Of a DNA stretch of 64,000 nucleotides, positions 53,530 through 64,000 are shown in pieces. Both the position numbers and the translations under genes were made by a program. Position 1 is the stretch's first letter, and each line of letters starts with the position of its first letter. The notes under the pieces are model-generated. The model ran no database searches, was not told where the DNA came from, and was given only the letters and a program-made list of their open reading frames with translations. Source of the stretch: Octopus sinensis (Eukaryota); NCBI RefSeq assembly GCF_006345805.1, contig NC_043012.1, positions 50,282,001-50,346,000 on the forward strand. The letters are read 5' to 3'.

Positions 53530-54658
53530 GCATGAAAACTTAGAAAGGAAAATGATTGAATTCTACGAAATGTGGACTCGTTCAAAGTTTAAATTGTTTC
53601 CAAAGGAATTTTTGTCCATTCTTCAGCTAAAAGAATCTTCAGTTCTTGTTGTGATAATGGTGGAGGATATCGACTACTTACTTGTTTTTCTAAAATGCAT
53701 CATAAATGTTCTATATTACTGAGATCTGGGGACTGTGGTGGCCAGATAAGATGTTCATCTTCAATAGAATATTACCCGTGCCATTCAGTAACAGATTTAG
53801 CTCTGTGAATTAGTGCATGTTCATCATGGACGATTGCGTTTCCCTCCGGAAGCAGAATTTGATCAGATAAAATGCTTAAATACAATAGTCTTGACTATAA
53901 ATTCTGCTATGGAGGAAAACATTTGGGCCGGCGTATTTCCAAGATATAGCCCCCCCTCCCCCCAGAGATCATCACACATGTTTAATAGTTGGAAGAACGC
54001 AGTCTGCGTCAAATGCTTCTTTTGGCTGTCTCCACACGTATACTCGGCCGATGGTCGGAAATAAAGTAAAAGAAGGACTCGTTCCAGAAAATAGCATTGT
54101 TCCACTGCTCTAGGGACCAGTTGTGTAAGTTTTTACTCCCGTCTAAACGCTTTGCAACGTTTCATTTTGAAAGTAAGGGTTTTCTAATGCAGCCCACCCG
54201 TGAACTGTTTTTGTTGAATCTGGTTTCTCGAGATTCTCATTAAGCTCTGCAGTAATTTTGGGAGCTGTACTTTTGTGCTTCATCCTAAGAGTTCGCGTAA
54301 GAGTCCAACGGACCCGACGAAGATGTTTTTCTCTCTTTCCCTAAGCCTGTCGTTACTTTCGAGACAGCACTCCTTCATACGACAAACATTTCATCTGTTT
54401 TCGTTACGCTAGCGCCTGCCATACGAGCACCAACAATGTGACCGCTTTGAAAGTCCGATAGATCTGTCATTTTAATGAATTTTGATTGCTATTTTCTGAT
54501 GATATCTGAAAGGAAACAGCAATTTTCGCAAACACATTAAGCAACACTAATAATAAATCAAAAAACATAAAAATAAAGAAGCTTTTCACGGTTTTATAGA
54601 TAATTCAAAATTATGATGCCATGATGCCAGGTGTTTCTATTATTTTGTCCAACCCCTG
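53530..54658 (-). mobile_element. Tc1-like transposon remnant (one TIR, pseudogenised transposase)
   Basis: TA+CAGGGGTTGGACAAAATAATAGAAACACC end at 54660; ATG at 54470 gives MTDLSDFQSGHIVGARMAGASVTKT; C-terminal WPPQSPDLSNIEHL at ~53720-53750. Multiple stops; second TIR not seen. Confidence 0.9.
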
Positions 54659-55532
54659 TACGTGTGTATATGTATCTCTCAATTCATAATTATATATCAT
54701 TACTTACTGAGAATCAGATAGGCATACACATTCACATATAGTGCATTGAAATCTGTAAATCATAACCATATCTTAAAAAGGACTTTTATCTAATATTTTC
54801 TTGGATTTCGCCTCAGTGTAGAAACGATTAGCAATGAGGTACGAAAGAAGCAGAGAGATGACCTTAGAAAATTAGCTGACTGAGGATGCGAAAAAGTGAG
54901 AGGGTAATAAAGGTTGAAACGAAATATTAAGCAAGCAGACGTGGAGATAAGTGAGACAGTGTAGAAAGAGTGAGGGAAGAAGATTAAACTGTTTGCAAGA
55001 GAGAATGAGGACTAATAGCGGTCCACAATGGATAAAGGGGATTAGAAATGTAGTGTGATCAAATGTATGAATAATAAAGAGCGAAAAAATAAAGAAAAGT
55101 GGGAGCAGATTTCTAAAAAGTGAAGAACTGACTGCTGTATATAAGTATGATAAGTATGTGTGTTTACGTGTATAACTATATATATGTTATTCTTACTCAT
55201 ATTCAAGTATTCATCCGGCAAGTATTTTACTGATCTTTTTCTACAACTTTTTCATCTTTCCTACTTATATTACTATCAGTTTGATAGTAATATGTTCGTA
55301 AATGTCGATTATAAGCAGGATTAAAATTTTGATGAACACCATATTTGTTTATAGGGCTGCTTCCTTGCATCTGGCGATTCTAATTTGCTTTTCAGGCTAT
55401 GTTCTATAACTAATGCGAACATATATGACTACAGAGATGGATGCACACACACACACACGCACACACACATACATATATATATATATGTATGTGTGTGTGT
55501 GTGTATATGTGTATATGTATATATATGTATAT

Positions 55533-55940
55533 GGCGCGGGAGTATCTGTGTGGTAAGTAGATTGCTTACCAACCACATGGTTCCGGGTTCAGTTCCACTG
55601 CTTGGCACCTTGGGCATGTGTCTTCTACTTTGGCTTCGGGCCGACCAAATCCTTGTGAGTGTATTTGGTAGAGGGAAACTGAAAGAAGCTCGTCGTATAT
55701 ATGTATATATACGTGTGTATGTTTGTGTGCCTGTGCTTGTCCCCACAACATCGCTTGACAACCGATTCTGCTGTGTTTACGTCCCCGTAACTTAGCGGTT
55801 CGGCAAAAGAGACCGATAGAAAAAAGTACTAGCCTTAGAAACAATAAGTCCCGGGGTCGATTTTCTAGACTAATGGCGCTGCTCCAGCATGGCCGCAGTC
55901 AAGTGACTGAAGCAAGTGAAAGAGTAAAAAAGTAAAAGAG
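55533..55940 (+). mobile_element. SINE family C, near full length
   Basis: tRNA-like head, internal (TA/TG)n, and 3' tail ggcgctgctccagcatggccgcagtcaagtgactgaagcaagtgaa(agagtaaaa)n. Confidence 0.9.
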
Positions 55941-56202
55941 CATATACGCGCACACATATATATACACACATATTTACACATTCATATATATGTATACCTA
56001 TATATACATATACATACACATACACTGAGACCCCCACTATATTTATATGTTTGTGTGTGCGTGTATGTTCACTAAAACATTAGAACGGTTAAGCTCGTAT
56101 TTCTAGTAATGTTGGTGTTTCCTAACACCTTAGTCATATTTACTGGCATTTGTAATTAACCTTTTTTTAGTGAAACTTTGCAGACTGCTCTTTATTTTCA
56201 TC

Positions 56203-56252
<50 letters not shown>

Positions 56253-56274
56253 GCGTGTATGTGTGTGTCTGCCA

Positions 56275-56465
56275 TGATAGATCGGTGGCTACTCCACGCA
56301 TTTTTTTTCTCCTTGTTTTTTTTTCTGTGTCCCTTTCTGTAGAAGAGCGTAGGCTCGAAACGTAAAAGACTTTTTCAATTCCCTTGGCGTTATACTAATA
56401 CATGTGTTTTTTTTTTTATACACCACCTGTCTTCGTCTTTTGTTTTTTTTCATGAACTCTCCCCA
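56275..56465 (+). mobile_element. Family 4 short element with non-canonical HHR-like motif
   Basis: CTGTAGA 56337-56343, a, GAGC(GTAG)GCTC, GAAA 56357-56360, cg...cg-TT at 56388-56391; homologous to 33888-34050. Confidence 0.55.
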
Positions 56466-56469
56466 CCCC

Positions 56470-56660
56470 CGCGTGTGTATCGTTGGCGATTTTTTCCTCC
56501 GTCTTCCTTTCCTTTTTTCTGACGAAGAGCTCTGCTCGAAACGCTAAATCCTTCTTGGTTCTTTCCTTTCCTGAGCATCAAATAACACTATACTTGTTCC
56601 ACCTCCTCATGTTGCTGTGTTTTCTCTTTGTGTTTTCATGTTTGGATTAACTATATATTG
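56470..56660 (+). mobile_element. Family 3 short element with HHR motif
   Basis: tttttt-CTGACGA (56519-56525)-a-GAGC(TCT)GCTC-GAAA (56538-56541)-cgct[loop]agca-TC (56578-56579)/aaataa. Canonical core, one stem III mismatch; ends catgtttggattaact-atatat. Confidence 0.65.
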
Positions 56661-57723
56661 CTATTATTGCGAAGTTAATGTTATATACGAAATTAAGTTT
56701 TCCAATATCTAATAGCATGTTACCTGCTTCATTAGTCGTGTGATAAATGATATTTCTGTTAGGATTTTTCCTTAAGTAGAACAACGTTAAAAACCGATTT
56801 AACAAAGTCTGGTGTACCTTTTCGTTTTCTGTTTTTGTTTTTGGTTTCCTGTTTTTTGTTTTGTTTGTTTGTTTTACATTGAAATAAATACTGTAAATGA
56901 ATGGCCGCTAGAACTACTACTGTTGCTGAACCCACACCATTTGTTTTTAGTCAGGAATATTGCATATAGGAATATATTGCTGTATGTGCCACTACTTTTC
57001 TTAATCGGAAAAATACTTTTTTTCTGTTGCAGTGGAGCGGCCAAATATTATTTTCTTAGGATTAGTATTATAAAATATGCAAGTACAAAGCCATTCTTCT
57101 GCAAATGATATCAAATCGACACATGCTTCTGATAGATTTGTTTAAATGACAATATATGTATATTTTTCATGATGTTTAATTTCTACATTTTGTATCAAAT
57201 TTTTGTGGGTCATCGATGAAGAATTATATAACTATTCTAAGTGATAAAAACAGTTGCAACTGTACATGAATACATGGTTTAAACTAAAAGACACCCACTG
57301 ATGAGTGGTCACCTAGATATGCACTACTTCGCTCTTTCTGTCATGGGTACTAGAACTCTTAAGGCCATGCTTGGCGTAAAATTGACTAAAATTGACTTTG
57401 GTGTAAAATTGACTAAAATTACAACTGTCCTCCCTGAACGAAGAGGAGGATCTTTCACAGGGTTAAAAGGTTAATTTCAATTTTGAAACTTGTCAATACG
57501 ACTTATGGTTTTGTAATGTTATTTTCTTTCTGAATTTTATACATTCGCGTTTGTCTGCATATTTTATGCTACCGTGTCCAATGGACATACAGGCGCGCAC
57601 ACACATACACACACACACACACACACATGCACATGCACACACGCATATATTTGCTTGTTTTTCAGTTTCTTTTTCCTTTTCCTTTTTCCATATGTATGCA
57701 TCTCTCTCTCTCTTTCTCTCTGT

Positions 57724-57777
<54 letters not shown>

Positions 57778-58931
57778 AGAAAGAGAGACAGAGACAGCGA
57801 GAAATTGTGAATGTAATAAATGAAACCCTGCAGCTTACACTCCAGTATACACTATCCAAAGTCCCAAGCAAAAGAGACATTTTAATGCCGTCTCATAAAT
57901 TTACAGACACACACACACACAGATGTAAAAGCACACGCACTAATACACACACATACATAGCCTCATAACATACTTCTATGTATATTTGTGTCTGGGAGTG
58001 TTTTCATTATTCAGTTTCTTTGCTTCTGTTTTGGCAGTTTTGGCATAAAAAATAATTATAAACAACTAAAGTCCTTCTCGTATCAACAAGTCTTTATTAT
58101 TTTTTTTATAATTCATTACCTCAAAGAAATATTCAACCGCTATATTTACCCATCAAAAAGTCACATGAAGTCTTTGATAAAAACGTATCATATATCAATA
58201 GCTAACTCTGATATATGAATTCAGTTTTGACATTCAGCCATTTTTTTGTGTATGTGCTGTTAGATATTAATGTGATACATAATCCTATGCAAAAATCCGT
58301 GTTGCTCTTTCTTCATTTCATACCTACTGATCAAATGAAATATTTGATAAACAGACCATAAGGCTTTGACAGATTTTACTTTATATTCAGCGCGTGTATA
58401 CGTCGAAACATTACCATATATTTTGCCTATATATGTATGAGTGTATGTGAGTGTGTGTGTGTATAAATGTGTGTGAAGGTGTGTGTCTGCGCGCGCATGC
58501 GTGTATACATTTACGAAGATACATTGATCACGACACACGGATATACATGATCAAATATATTTTAGCACACTATGTGACAATTTTTCACAATATTAACGAA
58601 CGAAAGAGTAGCGTTATGACACGTCAACATTGGTGCAAAGCTATATGACTGAGTTTCATTTCACAGACACACTATATGTATATGCAGAAAATGTCTATAG
58701 ATAATACATCTATCCATGTTAAATTATAGAAACATACTTGGTTAATAATTATATACCTATATATACACTTATATAAATATATATATATATATAACACACT
58801 CACCGGTCAAATTTCCACTTTTTTCTTATTATTGTCCTAAAATTTTCGTTGCGACTTGCAAACTTTTTAATAGCTTTGACACACGAACTCATATTAAGAA
58901 TCTTACAAACCAAATCCAAAAACCAAATGTA

Positions 58932-59080
<149 letters not shown>

Positions 59081-59089
59081 CTTTATTCT

Positions 59090-59275
59090 TCTCTTTGTTT
59101 CAGTCATTTGATTGCAGCCATGCTGGAGCACTGTCTTTAATCGAGCAATTCGATCGCAGGAGCTATTCTTTGTAAGCCTAGTACTTATTCGTTCGTTGAG
59201 TTTGTCCGAACCGCTAAGTTACAGGGACGTAACAACCCCAGCGTCGGTTGTCAAGCGATGTTGTGGGGACAAAAA
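59090..59275 (-). mobile_element. SINE family C, 3' part
   Basis: Reverse complement of the cgtaacttagcggttcgg...gtgctccagcatggctgcaatcaaatgactgaaa tail. Confidence 0.85.
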
Positions 59276-59716
59276 CACACGCAAAAATACACACACACAA
59301 ACACACACATTCATTTAATAGACATACACATGCATATATTTATGTACACAAAACCACATGATTATACGCATACTTTGTTTCTGAATAGACGTTGTGTAAT
59401 TGAAAATCGTTTCATGTACTTATAGGAATTTTCTCGAGGATGCAACTTGTAACTCTTGTGAAATGTTCTATTCGGATGTTGAAGCATTTCCCTCAGTCAT
59501 ATATATTATCCACCAAATTCCATGATGAAACTTATTTCGCAATCGTACTTGGTGAAGTGGCCATCTGTTGTTTCGAGTTTACGTGCTTATATGCTTAAAA
59601 TCTACCTCTTTTTGACGGGCGTTTGCTCAGATCTAACCCAAGAATGCATGATTTAAATGGTGCTAACACAGCTCTAATGACTTTTGAACGTCAGCACCAT
59701 AATTGTGCTCTTCTTT

Positions 59717-59755
<39 letters not shown>

Positions 59756-59990
59756 TTGTTTGAGCGTGTGTGTGCGCGTGTGTGTGAATGTGTGTGTGTG
59801 TATGTGTGTGTGTGAATGTGTGTGTGTATGTATGTATGTGTGTGTGTGTGTGTGTGTAGTTACTGTTTATACATCGTTCAGAGATTTATTATTGCTTGTT
59901 TACACTCTTTCGAGATCAGTGCCGAAAAGTCACTGGAAAAAGGATTTATGTATTTGCATTGGGACCCATCGCATCAGAGACCGGTGATTG

Positions 59991-60037
59991 CCGTGTGCTG
60001 ATGACGGGTAAATACTCAGAAATCCGGGTCCCTGCGT
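59991..60037 (+). ncRNA. Degenerate minimal type I hammerhead motif (family 5)
   Basis: ccgtgtg-CTGATGA-c-GGGT(AAAT)ACTC-a-GAAA-tccggg-TC/cctgcg. Canonical core and near-palindromic stem III, but stems I and II are imperfect. Confidence 0.45.
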
Positions 60038-60216
60038 ATCATATCAGGTCGACGATGGGAAGGATGGATTCCCTTTGCAAATACCGATAGGTTACAGAAA
60101 GTGTGTCTAATAACCAGCTGGAGAAAACGCTCTCCTGGGACTACAAGCTACAGTAACATCCACCCTTAGTGATTAGCCGCATTTAGATAGCAAATATATT
60201 TCACACACACACACAT

Positions 60217-60258
<42 letters not shown>

Positions 60259-60469
60259 GAGTGTATGTGCCTGTGTTTGCACGTGGCGCGTGTATATATA
60301 TGTATACACAGATATATACAAGAGCATTGTATTTTGTGTGAAGCATTGCAGTACAGAAGATAAAAGAAAGAGATAAAAAGAAATCTTCTCACAATGCAGA
60401 AATAGTTATGTTTCGCGCGTAATTGCCTATTTCAGAAGTATGCAGTCAAAGAAATATGAATTTATTGAG

Positions 60470-62150
60470 ATTTCGTTAGTTTAAAATGCTTGACGTTCGC
60501 TCATCAACAGCAACAACTGTGTAACTGTTGGTACATGCAACTACCTCTACAGCCGTTGGTGGTGGTCGTAGTGAGGTATTTTCCTGTGGTGACGATGGTG
60601 ATGGAGGTAATGGTGGAAGATGGTGTTTGTGGCATATGTTAGGACGTTGGTGGCCCACCTCTGAAACACTATTGATTTTCAGCTGTGTGCGGTGGATCAA
60701 TAGTCGATCGGAGATGGGCCACCAGCGTCATATCATACGCCACCTATTTCGGCGGTAGATCAATATAACATTCATACAACGATTCCCTGTGGGTTTTTCT
60801 CCGTGGCTAGAATTGGTGGTGCTGCCCCATGTGGCTAAGTGTCGGTAGTAGGTGTTCCTTCATTCTCACTTGGAGTGGTCGAACTGCGGTACCGATTTGG
60901 TAGTTGTTGCATTTAGAGCGCCGAATCTGGTATACCACGTATGTACGTAGGAACATGTTAGTGTTTCGAATAGGTCAGTTCCGTAGCATGTGATGCTGTT
61001 GTTCGGCACATGACCACCTCGTTGACAGATGTTTACGTAGGAATGTACTAGTGGGATATCAAGGCCTTCTCTGCGGATGGTCTTCATCAAAGTGAAGAAT
61101 CTTCAATATGCTAGTCTTAGCGAGATCCACGTTGCCAGGTTTATTTATCAAGGTGTATTATCCCGGACCTCAAACATTTCAGCCGCATAATATCTATCGC
61201 AAAACCACTAGAGAATGGAAAACTGACTACCTGCCCATTGAAATGCGAACTGCAGGGTTATCTTCACTATAGACTAAAGTGAAAGACGCCACCATCTTAC
61301 ATGCGAGAGGAGCTGTCCTTAAACAATTCCATTGATCAGCAATACCCGGACACTGAAAGAACGCAGGCGGAATAGTTCCGTCGCTCTGCGTGCGTCATAA
61401 ACAGAACCACCTGACAGCACATCCGGGCCTGCACAGTTCATCTAGAATCGGTCGCGCCCCGCGTTTACTTTGCCAGAAAAAGGACTTCTGAGAATCATTT
61501 ATAGAGTTTCCAACCTAAAAACATTCTGGAACTGACTAGTCAGTTCGTTTTCGTGATGCCTAGTGACACCACGAGAATATTGTCACATTTCCCTGCAACT
61601 AAACTTCTATGTATTGCTACAATGGAATATCGTGGATTTCTAACGCTCAGAATTGCAACTCCGTTGAGGAGAATGACATACCTCAAGGACGGAGTCCACA
61701 CATATTCACCATATAGAAACCGTTGCAGAAGCATAACTTTGGAGTATCAGCAGTTGCTGGCAGTAGTCTGGTCACCTGATAATTGGAATGCTTCTCTTCT
61801 ACAGGGCAAGCAACAGACGTTCCACACTAATCAATATGTACCGGGGAATATACGACGGTCAAGTAAGAAATAAGAACGGAGTTGACTTAGGTATTCGGCC
61901 ATACTATATGCTCTTTCAAGGATGGCTTCTTTACAATTTCTACGTGAGAGTGGGAACCTTGTTCCTCACCTCGATTCATTTCTGATCCAACTGGAGGTCG
62001 GGATCGAGCCAAGCACCCAGACGTTTACTGGTCTGTCACTCCACAACCTAACAACGCCGTCTGATAGTATGCACCTGACTCTCCTGTACTCCTGAAATCC
62101 TACCGCCCTGATCAGTTATCAAGTGTCACCTTAGTCTGCTGGCTGTGAAC
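60470..62150 (-). mobile_element. Heavily decayed Penelope-like element
   Basis: Minus strand 60850-60945 reads YVVYQIRRSKCNNYQIGTAVRPLQVRMKEHL, a Penelope-type GIY-YIG N-terminus. Upstream RT/thumb similarity is weak and the limits are approximate. Confidence 0.6.
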
Positions 62151-62199
62151 AACAGCCACTTACCAACATACCCAGCAAAATAAGTTCTGAGTTTTCATA

Positions 62200-62257
<58 letters not shown>

Positions 62258-62309
62258 TAGTAGTAGTAGTAGCGGTAGTTGTAGTAGTAGTAGTAACAAT
62301 AATAATAAT

Positions 62310-62430
62310 AGGAATTGACATGAGAGTAGAGCAAGCCCAAGAAACTGCTCTGCTCTCATGTAAGACCTCTAACATCAGGCTGTTGTCCACTTTCACAGAG
62401 TCTACCAGAACAAACTAGACTGAGCGAACT
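62310..62430 (+). mobile_element. R4/Dong-type 3' end fragment
   Basis: GIDMRVEQAQETALL parallels GIDKKIEHVQKSAL at ~19950; followed by (TAA)n at 62447-62520. Confidence 0.55.
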
Positions 62431-62445
62431 GATAAATCAACAACG

Positions 62446-62488
<43 letters not shown>

Positions 62489-62519
62489 TAATAATAATAA
62501 TAATGATAATAATAATAAT

Positions 62520-64000
62520 ATGGTTCATCTGGAAGCGGGTCCTATGGTTAATCTGGAAGCGCGTCCCCCAGGGAAGAGACAGCCTGGGATCGAAAAGTCA
62601 TCAACTGGCACAAACTCTTCTCCGAATACGGACATGGATGGTCACTTGAACGGGAAATTCCCCAACTCGAGCCCTCCAAGTTCACCACCACAGCCACCAC
62701 AGAAAGAAAAATGTAAGCGGAACAAATGGACCCGAGAAGAGTATAAAGAAGTAATATACGCTTATTACTATGCATTAGGTAGGCCATCTCAAGAGAGACA
62801 CACCGCAAACTCTTACAGTATATGGAGAACACGGAATCAAGACAGTAGGCCCTATTTCGACGAGAGCAAATTGGCAAATGTGAGGAGGGATATCCTTAGA
62901 AATAACAGACTCACAGACAGTGAAATAAGCGCGATCAAGCACGCAACGGAAAATGACATAAATATAAGACACAAAATAAATGAAGAATCAGATGAACAGA
63001 ATAGCCCGCCACGAGGCTTAATTGAAACACTGCCATCTGACCAAAGCACGCAAAGGCCTGAAGATACAAGAAATTCTATTGAACCTGTTAAAAATAGTCA
63101 GGAAAATGATAAAACAACAGTAACTGAAGATCTCGCATTTGCTGAAGAACACAGAGTGTCTATGGCAGAAATGAGGCAGAATATCCTGAATACGCTTGAA
63201 GTTGTAAGACATACAAGTATGAATGATAGAGAACCACTTCATACACTCTCAAATACAAACCAAAATAAAAAAAAAACAAATCCAAATTGGCAACTATATA
63301 ACAAATGAAATAATACAAGAATTAAAACCTGATTTTACTGAGTTAAATGAAATTATTTACGCTTCTGCTAGGGCAATTGAAACCAGCTGTATGCCCCAAA
63401 CCTGGGAAGAAATCAAACCTGGAGAAGTAAAATTGAAAAAGAGATTGAATTTATGAGAGGGGAAATATCAATATTAAATGAACTAATATGCGGAAATGAT
63501 GTAAGATCCAGAACAGGAAGAAAGATGAAGAGAAAATTTGGATCCTCACCAAGAGAAGAACTGATATCAATAAAAGAAACGCTGAAACAAAAAGTCCAAG
63601 CAAAAGCTCAAAGAATACGAAGATTTGAGAAGAGAAACAAGTTTTACATGCAAAATAAGCTGTTCACATCCAATGCCAAAAAATTCTACAGAGAAATAGG
63701 GAAGGAGAAAGTAACCGTTAAAGACCCCCCTCCCATGGAAGAAGTTCAAAACTTTTGGGAAAGGATTTGGAGTGACGAGAAGACGTACAACATAAATGCA
63801 GACTGGATTATACAAACAGAAGGATCCTACCAAAATTTACAACAACAAGCATGGGAAGACATCACAATAGCAGACCTAAGAAAAGCACTCACGAAGGCCC
63901 ATAACTGGAAATCCCCCGGTAAAGATAGGGTGCCGAATTTCTGACTCGCATTGCTCCCATACGCACACGGTAAGCTAGTTCAGCTGCTCAATGGAATTAT
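62520..64000 (+). mobile_element. R4/Dong-type LINE, 5' part of ORF (runs off window)
   Basis: ORFs 62520-63308, 63223-63456 and 63453-63944: KRNKWTREEYKEVIYAYYYA, LKQKVQAKAQRIRRFEKR, FWERIWS, HNWKSPGKDRVPNF. Two frameshifts and a stop; directly preceded by (TAA)n. Confidence 0.9.

Noticed and set aside
54485-54530. CTGATGA...GAAA spacing inside the Tc1 5' region; similar isolated cores at 2493, 15925, 34441, 47941 and 57298
   Set aside because: No complementary stems around the core, as expected for chance 7-mers in AT-rich DNA.
60460-60520. TTGATGA...GAAA near the 3' end of the second Penelope element
   Set aside because: No convincing stems I-III.

Overview
Repeat-saturated, AT-rich, non-genic or intronic animal DNA. 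The SINE sequences and microsatellite load match what I recall of octopus (cephalopod) genomes; this is inferred, not verified. No intact host gene is supportable, and nearly all ORFs in the supplied track are microsatellite artefacts or decayed transposon fragments. The window holds tRNA-derived SINEs of about four families, several R4/Dong-type RLE LINE pieces beside (TAA)n repeats, two decayed Penelope-like elements, an RTE copy with a 5' inversion, an L1/Tx1 fragment and Tc1/mariner remnants. The main signal is non-coding: about 12 hammerhead-ribozyme (HHR) or HHR-like motifs in about six unrelated short-element families, mostly embedded in (TA)n tracts. The best case is a ~590-bp tandem unit carrying a type I HHR with a very long stem II and a palindromic stem III. 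It occurs as head-to-head foldbacks at 6651-8280 and 31493-32259, with a fixed 3' end fused to (TA)n, and one arm starts within 1 nt of the predicted self-cleavage site. This looks like a retrozyme-like, probably Penelope-mobilised system with a stereotyped asymmetric-palindrome integration product. Ribozyme activity and novelty are untested.
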